Of a DNA stretch of 40,616 nucleotides, positions 1 through 12,271 are shown piece after piece. Made by a program: the position numbers and the translations under genes. The DNA is from Octopus sinensis (taxonomy: Eukaryota), in the NCBI RefSeq assembly GCF_006345805.1, contig NW_021835494.1:1-40616 (forward strand), in the 5' to 3' direction. Every line of letters starts with the position of its first letter. The stretch's first letter is position 1. The notes beneath the pieces were generated by a model. It had not been told where the DNA came from. It saw nothing but the letters and a program-made list of their open reading frames with translations, and searched no databases.

Positions 1-46
<46 letters not shown>

Positions 47-114
47 CTATATATATATATATCTTCTCTCACCTTATTCCCATCTTACTTCTTTCTCTCA
101 CCCTGTGTAATATG

Positions 115-149
<35 letters not shown>

Positions 150-150
150 T

Positions 151-290
151 TATTCTCTTATTTCTTTTACGTGTTTCAGCCATTTGACTGCGGCCATGTT
201 TGAGCATTGCCTTTAGTTGAACAAACCGACACCAGGTATTATATTTGTACGGTTAGTACTTGTTCTATCGGTCTCTATTCCCGAACTGCG
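151..290 (-). mobile_element. SINE family A, 3' half, degenerate
   Basis: Reverse-complement match to the 3' half of the family A copies at 6481 and 12272 (catttgactgcggccatg...tagttgaacaaaccgac...ttctatcggtctct). Confidence 0.75.
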
Positions 291-409
291 TCCCAAAGTT
301 CTTATCTCAACGTGAAATCGACGAAGCAACTGTCATTTATCCCTTCCCTTTGTTCTTTCATGTCATCCGACAAACGCCAACCAAGATTGTGTGAATCAGC
401 CAAAATTTA

Positions 410-606
410 ACTTCTAGAAATACCAACCGAAATGTTTTTAAATCAGATAAGAATGGTGGATGTTCAAGAACCAAATGAATGGCATATTGTCAATCCTGGA
501 ATCATCCTGATTCCAAAAAGCTATAATATGTCTATGTAGAGCAAATGTAGTCTGAGATACAGGTGTCTCAGACGGACAGACAGAAGTTCACTTTTATCAT
601 GTAGAT
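410..606 (+). mobile_element. Possible non-autonomous Helitron-like remnant
   Basis: Subterminal hairpin tctgaga-tacaggtg-tctcaga (551-572), then gacggacagacaga and an ...atgtagat end, resembling invertebrate non-autonomous rolling-circle element ends. Pattern recognition only. Confidence 0.3.
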
Positions 607-618
607 TACAATTTCCTA

Positions 619-834
619 GGCTGCGAGCTGACAGAATCGATAGTACACCAGACAAAATGCTTAGCTTCATTTTGTCTGTCTTTACGTTCTGAGTTCAAAT
701 TCCTCCTAGGTTGACTTTGCCTTTCTTACTTTCGAAGATGGTAAAGTAAGAAGCACTCCCGTACTGAGGTCGACAGAATCAATTTCCTCTCCCATCAGAA
801 CTTCTGGACTTTCACCAAAATTTGAAACCGTTAT
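619..834 (+). mobile_element. SINE family C, degenerate
   Basis: Head gctgcgagctgacagaatcg, B-box-like gagttcaaattcc and gttgactttgcctttc, all shared with the copies at 2129 and 9375. Confidence 0.8.
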
Positions 835-990
835 TGTCATTTCTTAACATACTCCTAAAACCCAGCTCAGTCATCTTGAGTAATCAATTACCCTGGGGGG
901 GGGCATATTTGCGTAATTACATGGACAATGAAATGATCTTGGTTACCGGAGATGATGTGTTCGATACTGTAGGAAAATGTTAAGAAAGTT

Positions 991-1148
991 GCGTGGCTGT
1001 TTGGTAAGAAACTTGCTTCCTAACCACATGGTTCTGGATTCAGTTCCACTACGTTTCACCTTGGGCAAAAGTCTTCTGCTATAGTCTCATGCCCACCAAA
1101 CTCTTGAGTGGGTTTGGTATACGGAAACTAAAAGAAGCTCTTAGTGTA

Positions 1149-1194
<46 letters not shown>

Positions 1195-1475
1195 TGTGTG
1201 TGTGTATGTGAGTGTGTGTGTGTGTGTGCGTGTGTGTGTGTGTGTGTGTGTGCCTTTGTGTCTATGTTTGTCCTCTCGCACTGCTTGACAACCGGTGCTG
1301 CTGTGTGTCGTATCCGTAATTGAGAGGTTCTCCAAAAAGGCCGATTGAATATGCACAAGACTTTAGAAAATCAGCACTGGGTTCGATTCATTCCACTAAA
1401 CATAATCTCTCCAAGACAGTGCCCCAGCAGGGCCACAGTCAAATGATTAAATCAAGTAAAAAGTAAATGGTAAAT
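991..1475 (+). mobile_element. SINE family A (tRNA-like head, CORE-like ccttgggcaag motif, internal TA/TG microsatellite)
   Basis: gcgtggctgtttggtaag head; ccttgggcaaaagtcttct; (TA)n(TG)n at about 1150-1252; 3' half gcttgacaacc...cacagtcaaatga. Collinear with the copies at 6481 and 12272. Confidence 0.85.
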
Positions 1476-1689
1476 GGGAACAATGAATAGACGTTTAAAC
1501 TGATTTTACACTTTGTCGTGTGGTCTGTGTATATGGACATGCATGTAGTTTTACATCTAATGTACTAAATCTCCGTATATTTTCGGTAAAATAAGGCGCG
1601 ACAAATTTTATTTTATAAAGCTTGTAACTCTTAACAAAACTTTGACAGACGAAACGAGACGCAATACAAGAAGAAGATAGCATCAAAAT

Positions 1690-2077
1690 GTGGAGGCGCA
1701 ATGGCCCAGTGGTTAGGGCAGCGGACTCGCGGTCATAGGATCGCGGTTTCGATTCCCAGACTGGGCGTTGTGAGTGTTTATTGAGCGAAAACACCTAAAG
1801 CTCTACGAGTCTCCGGCAGGGGATGGTGGTGATCCCTGCTGTACTCTTTCACCACAACTTTCTCTCACTCTTACTTCCTGTTTCTGTTGTACCTGTATTT
1901 CAAAGGGCCGGCCTTGTCACTCTCTGTGTCACGCTGAATATCCCCGAGAACTACGTTAAGGGTACACGTGTCTGTGGAGTGCTCAGCCACTTACGCGTTA
2001 ATTTCACGAGCAGGTTGTTCCGTTGATTCGGATCAACCGGAACCCTCGTCGTCGTAACCGACGGAGTGCTTCCATCC
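1690..2077 (+). mobile_element. SINE family B (tRNA-derived head), long-tail variant, with 11-bp TSD
   Basis: A-box-like tggcccagtgg and B-box-like ggtttcgattcc; TSD agcatcaaaat at 1679-1689 and 2078-2088. Confidence 0.9.
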
Positions 2078-2128
2078 AGCATCAAAATACATGCCTTGCA
2101 TATTTCTAATCTAAAATATGCAGACGAT

Positions 2129-2514
2129 AAGGCGGCGAGCTGGCAGAAACGTTAGCACGCTGGGCGAAATGCTTAGCGGTATTTCGTCTGCCGCTACGTT
2201 CTGAGTTCAAATTCCGCCGAGGTCGACTTTGCCTTTCATCCTTTCGGGGTCGATTAAATAAGTTCCAGTTACGCACCGGGGTCGATATAATCGATTTAAT
2301 CCGTTTGTCTGTCCTTGTTTGTTCTCTCTGTGTTTATCCCCTTGTGGGTAGTAAAGAAATATGTATTTCGACTGTCTTTACGTTCTGAGTCCAAATTCCG
2401 CAGAGGTCGACTTTGCCTTTCATCCTTCTGGGCTTGATAAATTAAATACCAGTTGTGTAGAGGTTGATCTAATTTCGGCCAAAAATGTCAGGCCTTGTGC
2501 TTAGAATAGAAAAG
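2129..2514 (+). mobile_element. SINE family C with internal unit duplication and 16-bp TSD
   Basis: Head aaggcggcgagctggcagaaacgttagc; two gtatttcg...gagt(t/c)caaattccg units; TSD aaaatatgcag(a/c)cgat at 2113-2128 and 2515-2530. Confidence 0.9.
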
Positions 2515-3441
2515 AAAATATGCAGCCGATGCTACTCTAATAACAAAGACTGAAGCTAGATGACATAAAATGACAAATAGGGTGGAGAAAATATCAAATG
2601 CGCATGGTTTTTATCTCAACCATAAAAAAATAAAAGTTATGAAAGTAGGAAAAAAGGAGGTAAATATTAGCATACGACTGGGCGGTGAAAGACTCGAATT
2701 CTACAAGTATCTTGGAGTGTCTCGTATGAAGCCACATGTAAGAAAGAAATTAGGACACGGCTAACCATGGAAACATCCATGGAAAAGTTTAATAACATCT
2801 GGACTAACAAAAGGTTCCCATTTAAGTTAAATACAAGGCTAGTGCGAGCATTCTTTTGCTCAACAAGCATTTATGGTTGTGAAGCATGGATTCTGAACAT
2901 ATTTGAAGACAATATAAACAATACATTTAAAATGTGGGTGTGTAAAATTATGTTAGGGGTCTCTTACAAGAATCATTGGACAAACGATGGGGTATTACAA
3001 AAACTGGGTGAAAGACGCCAAAATTATAAATATTGTGAAAACACAAAAGCTCATCTTTTATGGCCATATTCGAAGAAGGAGAGGTTTAAGAGAAGATTAT
3101 CATGGAAGGAAGAGTAGAGGGTAGAATATCAAGGGGCAGGCAAAGTACACAATGGAGGGACAATATTACAAGCTGGTTGGACAAGAGTGGCAGCGCAGCT
3201 GGAGGACTCGAAAAGACTTTTGCTATAGTGTCATCAATGCACTGCAAGCGTATAATGGATGACGGCGACAAAAATAAAGACATAGAAATTCTCTCTGTCC
3301 TACAGTGATGACATATAATTTGAAGATGACGAATTTAAAGATGACGATGACAAAATCGAGATGACGTTTATGAAATTGAAGCTGACGATAATGAAACTAG
3401 GGCTGCTGGTGATGAATTTAAGTTTGACATTCATGAGGTTG

Positions 3442-3602
3442 AGCTAGATGACATAAAATGACAAATAGGGTGGAGAAAATATCAAATGCGCATGGTTTTT
3501 ATCTCAACCATAAGAAAATAAAAGTCACGAAAGTAGGAAAAAAGGAGGTAAATATTAACATATAACTGGGCGGTGAAAGACTCGAATTCTACAAGTATCT
3601 TG
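3442..3602 (+). repeat. 161-bp duplicate of RTE segment 2554-2714
   Basis: agctagatgacataaaatgacaaatagg...ctacaagtatcttg is present at both positions with a few substitutions. Confidence 0.9.
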
Positions 3603-4359
3603 TGAGAGGGGTATAACTAAATAGTGTGCAGAAATAATACAGCCTGCTTTCGTCCTTGGAACAAAAAATGTTTTTTTTTTTTTTTTTCATAAACAGTCCA
3701 ATCAGATGTCATAAAGAAACACGTGAAATACGGAATGGTAGAAGCAAAGTAAAACATTAGTTTTGAAGTGAATGGTATTCTCGATTAGATAACATACCAA
3801 GCACGTGACACTACAGTAACGAGTTCTATTTTTTGTATTGATTATTATATTGTATTTTCCCAATCTTCGTAATATAAAATAATTATAATAATCTACATTC
3901 ATATCTAGAAGGCATTTGGAGAAGTAAAGAATTTTTATTTTTAATTTTATGTATATCAACTTCGGCTAAGTCTTCAGTACTTTTCCCTTTATGTCTCCGT
4001 TGTTTTGCTTTTGTAAATATTAGAAACTGGCCAGAGGGGCAATAGATTAGTTCGAAGCTGCCTCTCGGCGGAATTAAATAGTCGGAATTACTTGTATTCT
4101 CTTATAGTGTATACAGATAAGATTTGTAAATATTGGGTAATGTAAATAAAGGATTAGATGTATTTAAAAAAGACAGATTAAAACCACAAGATTATGTGGA
4201 ATATGAATTATATATTTTAATACATAATATAGAAATTGTCGCAATTGGATGGTTATATGATTTTTTTTAATGAAAGAAAAATTACATTGTATGGAGAAAG
4301 ATGTCACTGAATAACGCTTGTGAATTGTGAATCTCATTATTTAAGAAGCATTTTACCTT

Positions 4360-4655
4360 TGATTTGTTTTAGTCATTGTACAGCGGCCACGCTGGAGCAA
4401 CATCTTCAAGGTTCTTAGTCGAATAAATTGACCTTAGTACATCTTTCTTTAAGTGTGGATCTTATTCTACAGTTTCTTTTGACGAATCGCTGAGTTACGG
4501 AGATATGATCAAACTAACAACGGTTGTCAACCGATGTGTGTATGTGGGGGACCAAACACAAAGACACACATACTTATATAAACACATACAAATACACACT
4601 CACAACTCCTCCACCCATACACAAACGCTCACATATATATGTATATATATACATA

Positions 4656-4687
<32 letters not shown>

Positions 4688-4700
4688 GTATATGTATATG

Positions 4701-4743
<43 letters not shown>

Positions 4744-5004
4744 GGCTCTGAGGAAAGTAGCATTAATTTTCTCTTAGGCCGTTCAATTTGCCTCAGTTGA
4801 TCAATAGAATAATTGAGTAAACCTATCAGTAATCTACCTATAATTGCTACTGGAAACAGCCGTAAGCCAGATTTGTTCGAAGAAAGGAAAAATATGTAAT
4901 AACCATTATTTTCAGCTTGATTCTTTTACACACAGAAATATATATGTATATATATGTATATGTGTGTGTGTATGTATGTATGAATGTATGTGTATATATA
5001 TGTG

Positions 5005-5044
<40 letters not shown>

Positions 5045-5200
5045 ACAAGCTTCCACACTGTTTCTCTCTAAAAAAAATCCTCTCACAAGTCACTGGTTGG
5101 CCAATGACTAATAGAACACCCTTGTTCAAGGAGCTGGCCCCGAATGTCTGAACTCGAAACCACATGCTTGCGAAGTAAACTTTTTAACCACACATCTATG
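4360..5200 (-). mobile_element. SINE family A, degenerate; 3' half (about 4360-4570) and 5' half (about 5043-5200) separated by microsatellite-rich DNA
   Basis: Reverse-complement similarity to both halves of family A. That the two halves belong to one insertion is inference. Confidence 0.6.
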
Positions 5201-6114
5201 ATGTTCATCTTTTTGCCTGTTAATCCTTGTATTGTTGTGTTATTATACAAAAGTAACCGAAAAATACAGTTATTTTTCTTAAAACCCACTGTTGACTTAC
5301 GGAACCCAACTTTGTGTTGTATTCAATAGCATTTCATGATCGCATAGACGATCGTGACTTCGAAATGATCAATTTCCAATCAAATATTTCCAATGCCAGT
5401 GTGGTACTTCGAATAAGACACTTTTAAAATAACTCGAGGTAAACCATAAACTACCACACTGAATTTGGGTCATAGGAATCTGCTGAGGAACTGCATCTGT
5501 TCAGTTCGGTTCCTCCCAACGTTCTTCTAAACAACAGACGTTTTGGAGCTTTGGGAGAATCATGAAGCTATTGTTCCTTCATTGGCAAACCCGCTAAAAG
5601 ATGCCATTTTATTGAACTTCATTCTTATTCTTGTGAGGACTGTTTAATCTACAATATCTTCATCAACCTGTTGAATATTTAATCTGCAATATTTTCCTGT
5701 CACTGACAAGAAATGCAGATAATGTTATTTTGAAAATATCGAACGCTAATATTTTTATTTCATCTCATATTTAATTTCCAGATTTGTTAGTTAGTTCTTG
5801 AACAAAATATGTATTATTTATAATAGATATGTTATTTTCGTTATTTAAATAACAACAAATTATCTTACCTTTTAAAATATTCATCAGAGTGTTATCTCCT
5901 TCGATGCCAGACTACAAGAGGCGAGTACCAAGCAATCATCTCTTTCACTCGAGTTTAACATGCATTGGGATTTTGCACAATTTACGTTGCTTTTATACAT
6001 GCACTAACACACGAGCGCAAAAACAAACGCACACACACGCATACACGGAGAGGCATATAAATATACACACACTCAGACTCATACTCACATCCCTATACAT
6101 GCACACGTGCACAT

Positions 6115-6120
6115 CGATAT

Positions 6121-6190
<70 letters not shown>

Positions 6191-6416
6191 TCATGCATAT
6201 ACAAATATATATGTTTGTGTCTGTGTCTGCACGCGCATATACATACATATATAAATACATACATACATACATACATACATACATGCATGCATACATACAT
6301 ACATACATACATACATACATGCATGCATACATACATATACATACATACATACATACATACATAAATACATACAACATACATACATACATACATATATATA
6401 TATATATTATATACAC

Positions 6417-6469
<53 letters not shown>

Positions 6470-6480
6470 ATATATATATA
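6115..6480. repeat. Compound microsatellite (TA)n/(GA)n/(ATAC)n
   Basis: Directly visible tandem repeats. Confidence 0.95.
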
Positions 6481-6703
6481 GGCGCAAGAGCGGCTGTGTG
6501 GTAAGTAGCTTGATTACCAGATATATGGTTCCGGGTTCAGTCCCACTGCGTGAAACCATGGGCAAGTGTCTTCTACTATAACCTCGAACCAACCAAAGCC
6601 TTGTGAGTGGATTTGGTAGACGGAAACTGAAAGAAGCCCATCGTATAATTATATATACGCACACACACAAATATATATATATGAATGTATGTATGTATGT
6701 ATG

Positions 6704-6746
<43 letters not shown>

Positions 6747-6960
6747 ATATATATGTTTGTGTGTCTGTGTTTGTCCCCCCAGCATCGCTTGACAACCGAT
6801 GCTGGTGTGTTTATGTCCCCGTAGCTTAGTGGTTCGGCAAAAGAGCCCGATAGAATAAGTACTTGTCTTACAAATCATAAGTCCTGGGGACGATGTGTTC
6901 AACTAAATGCGGTGCTCCAGCACATCCGCAGTCAAATGACTGAAACGAATAAAAGAATAT
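6481..6960 (+). mobile_element. SINE family A, full length
   Basis: ggcgcaagagcggctgtgtggtaagtagc head, gggttcagtccc B-box-like motif, tgggcaagtgtcttct, internal microsatellite, tail cgcagtcaaatgactgaaacgaataaaagaata. Confidence 0.9.
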
Positions 6961-7884
6961 ATATCGATGAGATCGAAAGATCTTGCCCGAATGTTTGTGC
7001 ATTCGGATCCTCAAAAGCAACCGCCACCCACTTTCATCTACATAATCCACAATTCACTTATAAACATCGTTGATTCTTCTCCAAGGTTTCACCCTGTTGT
7101 TACACTTTTTTTTCCGTTTATTTAAAACTTATTTACTCTCCCATTGAAATGTTGTTTATGCTGCGTGTAACTTACATGTTGCTTGTCACGTGGAGGTTAC
7201 ACGAAATATTGATCCCTGGGTTAACATGTTCAGCCCAATGCCTTCCTTTATATTTTTGTTAGTTTCTACATTATGTAAATATATACAATTTCATATTCTC
7301 AGAATTAAATCATTATAAAATCTCAGCACCGTTTTTTCTAAATATATATATATTTCTATGTCTAATTCTATTGATATATTTATTGACTCTCTCATTGTGG
7401 AATTTACCCTCATTTCATCTGGAATTATTTTAGTTTACTCCAAGAGTTGGACAATAGAAACTATCCACCATTTTCCCTGGTTAGGATTTTGAGAGTTTTA
7501 ATGCATAAAAAAATGTAAGTACTTGTTCATTTTATAAACAGTTTTACATTAGTTTTGTTTGTATTTTTTAATAAAGAAAACCTTTTTAGTTGTTGTTATT
7601 TAGAATGCAACTCGATGTTATTTCCTAGAGTGGATTGGAAAGGAAAAATGCATCATTATTTCTTTTCTTTGCTATTGAATTATTCATGACTTAAAGAAAA
7701 CTAAATTCTTTATTATTTACCTTATATTGAATATTTTCATTTATCCATTTTTGAATTTTATTTCTATGTTACAAATTTATTTTTTTATTTGAATTTATCC
7801 AAGAATCCCTACACAATTTTATTCATAGAAAAAAAATGCTGTCTTGTGAATTAATAAAATAAGAGAATCAAGGAATATTGATTT

Positions 7885-8070
7885 GTTTTCGACTAGGCAC
7901 GATGCCAACATTTCCAGGGCAAGAGATTTAGTCGATTGTATCAACACGAATATATAATTGGTGTTTATTTTACAGTCCCCATCGTGTCGAAAGGCAAAGC
8001 TAATGCTGTTGGGGTTACAACTTAGAATAACAAAGCGCTTTAAACTTGATACAATAAAACATCCAGCGCA
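7885..8070 (-). mobile_element. SINE family C, highly degenerate
   Basis: Reverse-complement similarity (taggcacgatgcca..., agtcgattgtatc, gaaaggcaaag). Confidence 0.55.
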
Positions 8071-8311
8071 GTTTCCTACTATGTAAATTTTATGGCGAAA
8101 AAATAACGAGAAATAATTTTTATATGTAATTTACTCAATAATAAGCGAGGTTAATGTGTTTGCGACAGCCAGAGTACATTTTAGCTCGATTTCGATTTGG
8201 AAATAAATTATGGTTCTAAACAATGCATACGTTCGTCTTGCAGTGACTACAAATTATCAAGCGTACTTACTCCCTGTTAGTTTTGTATTAAAAGTTCGAA
8301 GCCAAGGTGTA

Positions 8312-8624
8312 GCGGAGAAAAAGACTCCTCCGGTCAAAAATAACCATGAAATTGCACCTAGAAAGTTCCCCTCCTAGGCACAACTTCGAGGAAAATTGTT
8401 TATGGAAGATGCATACAGTCTCCCTACTCCATACCACTGATGTTATCCAAAGGAAAGGCAAAGGCCGACACAGCTTGGTACGAATGATGTTGCAACTCAT
8501 TTCTACAGTTGAGTGAACTGGAAAAACGTGAAATAAAGTGTCTTGCTCAAGAACACAACACACAGACCGGTCCGGGAATCGATAACCTCACGACCGTAAG
8601 CTCGACGTTCTAACCATTGAGCCA
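8312..8624 (-). mobile_element. SINE family D (tRNA-like head, cttgagcaagacactt CORE-like motif)
   Basis: Minus strand reads tggctcaatggttagaacgtcg...gattcccggacc...ttcttgagcaagacacttt; flanking direct repeat agccaaggtgta at 8300-8311 and 8620-8631, partly overlapping the head. Confidence 0.75.
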
Positions 8625-9008
8625 AGGTGTAAACATAAATATGCACTTAAAAGCGCCTCTTCTAAATTCCTCGGCCTGTTCTTTCTGATGTAAAGTCTAA
8701 GGATTGAATATCCAGTCATTTATGACTTCCAATATGATTCACACTTTCACAAATCTTAAGATATGTAACAATTGTCTTTAGAACAAGCGTAAAATAAAAA
8801 CGAAACACTTTATATGGCGACTAGTGTGAAGCTAGGGAGCAATGAAAAGACGAAAAGAAGGAACTCAGAGCAGGACTTCATTACGCCAGACTGGAATTCC
8901 CTACATTAAGTTATATCACCCATCAAAATTCTAGAGTTATGCTTTATTTTATAATTAAATCAGATAGAAAGCTAGATATATATATAAATAGATAGATAGA
9001 TAGATAGA

Positions 9009-9160
9009 GGTGGTGTGACTGCGGTAAGGCGTTTGCTTCACATTCGCAGGCTTCCAGGTTCAGTCCCACAGCATGGCACCTTGGGCAAGTGTATTTTGCT
9101 GTATCCCGACCAAAGCCCCGTGACTGGATTTGACGGATGGAACAGAAAAATAAAGGCCGC
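9009..9160 (+). mobile_element. SINE family A, 5' half
   Basis: ggttcagtcccacagcatggcaccttgggcaagtgt...gaccaaagcc...ggattt. Confidence 0.8.
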
Positions 9161-9374
9161 CGGATGTCATGCCGGTCTGGGCTCCTGTTACGTCCACTAG
9201 TACTTAATCCATTTCATCTTTGCGCAACTCCACTAAGTTCGTTCGATAGCTGCAATGCTCTTTCCATTGTATTTGTGGTGTATGTATAATTATCATTTTT
9301 GCTTGTGTTGTATATAACCGTAAAGCTTCGTGATGTTATATATGCATAATTCTTTGTTTGTTGTATTTCGACAT

Positions 9375-9833
9375 CGGCGGAATTTGGACTCAGAACGTAA
9401 AGACAGACGAAATACCTATTTCTTTACTACCCACAAGGGGCTAAACACAGAGAGGACAAACAAGGACAGACAAACGGATTAAGTCGATTATATCGACCCA
9501 AGGGCATAACTGGTACTTATTTAATCGACCCCGAAAGGATGAAAGGCAAAGTTGACCTCGGCGGAATTTGAACTCAAAACGTAACGGCAAACGAAATACT
9601 TATTTCTTTACTGCCCACAAGGGGCTACGCACAGAGAGGACAAACAAGAAGAGACAAACGGATTCAGTCGATTATATTGGCCCCAGTGCGTAACTGGTAC
9701 TTATTTAATCGACCCCGAAAAGATGAAAGGCAAAGTTGACCTCGACGGAATTTGAACTCAGAACGTAGCGGCAAACGAAATACTGCTAAGCATTTCGTCC
9801 AGCGTGCTAACGATTCTACCAGCTCGCCGCCTT
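9375..9833 (-). mobile_element. SINE family C multimer (head plus two 184-bp units plus a partial third)
   Basis: cg(g/a)cggaattt recurs at 9375, 9559 and 9743 (period 184); the head (RC of gctcgccgccttg) lies at about 9833. Confidence 0.9.
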
Positions 9834-11554
9834 GTTAGAAATAAATATTTTAGAACTAATGAAGTTGCTGGATTATCTGCTTCAGTCGAGTATTTATGAT
9901 ACTAATGTCTTTTATTGTTCAAATTCTCGTCTTTACTAAGGGCAGCGTTCAAATCCCAGCGGAGTCAATAAAATAATATATACACAGAGGTCAACAAGAA
10001 CCCTCTCCGAGAATCGTGTAGCCTTGAAACAATGCGAAATATCAATATATTAAGAACGATGGTCGGCTAATTTCATTATTTATTATCATGTAATAATTGT
10101 TGCTTTGCAGAGAGAGGAACATAGAAAACCGAATTTAATGCTAATCCCAGAACCGTCCATAAATTTGACTGGGTTTGTTAAAGTAATTGTGGCAATTTTG
10201 TTGAATTAGTAGCCTGTTTCCACTCAAAGTATTAATCTCCGTTGAGGCTTAACGGACTTCCTTTCTGGCCAAGGTTCAAATATTACTACTGTGTCACAGA
10301 CAACAGAGATCAGTAAATCTTCAGTTGAGAAGTGTTTCATTTCCATCCCTGGTGGAATATGACAAGTGACACGCTTTGCCCCCTCCTCTACGCTTTTCAT
10401 ATTATTTCTGTTTCTATCTCCCTATCATTCTCTTTCTCGTCTGCCTCTATCTACTTTTCTTCTCGTTCTCTCGTTTCATTTTTCTGGGTTTGTTTACGTG
10501 GCCAGTAAATTAGCTATCACTAAATGCCATTGAATACCACAGAAGAAGTTTAGTGCGTCCCTTGCTGTGTGTTCAAATGATCTGATAACCATCAATAGCA
10601 TCTTTAGTTTTAACGGTTGACAGATTTATAGATTTTTCCTGGGGAGGCGTGCATGTTTCTTTCAATGAGTCTACTTCTACTAATCACTTGGGACTGGGGA
10701 AAGTTGACCCCGAAAGTGTACGTCTGTTAAGAGAACTTCTAATTGTACACGGTCTTCAGTACAGTAAAACGTTATCACGTGGTCGTTTTTATTGTTAAGC
10801 TCCCTTCAGTTATCATGTCATTCTTCACGTCACAAGTGGATAAAAAGCCGATGGCATGTATCAGATCGTAGAGGAACTAGAAGTTCAGGTCATACTTAAC
10901 CTTCACCGTATAATAATTTATATGTGACAGATGAGTTGTTGAAGGAACTCAGAAAGTTAGGTTTCTTGAAGCAAAGAATTTTATTTGGACTGAAATAGAA
11001 ATTGATTTTGTCCCACAGTTAAATCCTTCGCATTGATTTCAGTTAAGTACACACTTGATAGTTGAATGGAATATTGACTTCAACCACAACAGGAATTATT
11101 CAAAGTCATCTCACACAGGGATTTCATATAAAAGCCAGTTACATCTGAGACAACCAGGCATATTATGATGTAAAAGTATTCGTGGCGAGGAGACTCTAGG
11201 AGTGTGGGTGTCGAAATAACATTCTCTTAACCCTTCAACTGCGTAATTACATTTCATGCTCATTCTTGTTAATGATTTTAATTATCCAACAAACAATGGA
11301 GTTGATATTTCTGCTTCTGTAATACTTTTTCAATATCACCTGTAGGTACTGTTTTCATATCTACCCGTAAAACGAGTTGGTTCGTTCTCTATAAAGAGAT
11401 ATTTGATAAAATATGTGAAAAAGAAAATAGGGAAAGTTGAAAAAATGGCTCTTGTAAAAGGACTCACTGGTGCATACTTATACATTTATGATTTACAATC
11501 AACTGCACAAGCGCAGTCATATAGTCAGCAGCAAATAATAAAATTAAAGCTGGT

Positions 11555-11597
<43 letters not shown>

Positions 11598-11609
11598 AAA
11601 CACACACAC

Positions 11610-11661
<52 letters not shown>

Positions 11662-11663
<2 letters not shown>

Positions 11664-11946
11664 AGGCGCAATGGCCTAGGGGTTAGGGCAGCGGACTCGC
11701 GGTCGCAGGATCGCGGTTTCGATTCCCAGACCGGGCGTTGTGTGTGTTTATTGAGCGAAAACACCTAAAAGCTCCACGAGGCTCCGGCAGGGGGTAGTGA
11801 TCCCTGCTGTACTCTTTCACCACCCTTTCTTCTGTTGGCCTGCTCGCTTAGCCAGTGGGGTGGCGTCATTCGAAGGCTAAAACAATGCGAATGCATTGTG
11901 ACCAGCGATGTGTAACAACATCTGATGGTCTGGTCGGTCACGTGAT

Positions 11947-11953
<7 letters not shown>
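11662..11953 (+). mobile_element. SINE family B, short-tail variant
   Basis: Same roughly 165-nt head and body as the copy at 1690, then an unrelated tail (ggcctgctcgcttagcc...ggtcacgtgatcacgtga). Confidence 0.9.
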
Positions 11954-11992
<39 letters not shown>

Positions 11993-12271
11993 TGTTTTTG
12001 TATCCAGAAGATCCAAAAAGTTAGGTAAGGCTATGTAAGAACCATGGAAGGGCCGCTGTAAAGCTCCCGGTTCAATAATAGCATGAGTGATCAATCTAAG
12101 GTTGTCGAGATTTCTTATGTATCTCTCCCTCTCCGGTGCAACCTCTGAGAAGAAATTAACTCTTCTATTTCCTTCTATTGAAGCTCTTTTAACTCATCTC
12201 TGATAATGGAATTTCATTTATTTCCCCGAAACAGCTGTGAGACCACCTTTCTATTTATAAATATGCTAAGA

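Larger units (their letters stand above)
1590..3290 (+). mobile_element. RTE-clade LINE relic (RT domain to 3' end), interrupted by two SINEs
   Basis: Removing the two insertions gives DAIQEEDSIKIHALHISNLKYADDATLITKTE..MTNRVEKISNAHGFYLNHKKIKVMKV..FYKYLG, followed by IYGCEAW and EGRISRGRQSTQWRDNI. These are typical RTE ORF motifs, here with stops and frameshifts. The 5' boundary is approximate. Confidence 0.85.

Noticed and set aside
1690-1770. tRNA gene (also at 11662 and the other SINE heads)
   Set aside because: The A/B boxes continue directly into SINE bodies, with TSDs where visible; there is no complete cloverleaf followed by a poly-T terminator.
5340-5700. Possible exon or transposase remnant
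   Set aside because: The frames I translated by eye are interrupted by stops and contain no recognisable motif.
10100-11500. Repeat-poor stretch as a regulatory element
   Set aside because: It contains short homeodomain-like words (tgacag, tttatag), but these cannot be distinguished from chance without conservation or chromatin data.
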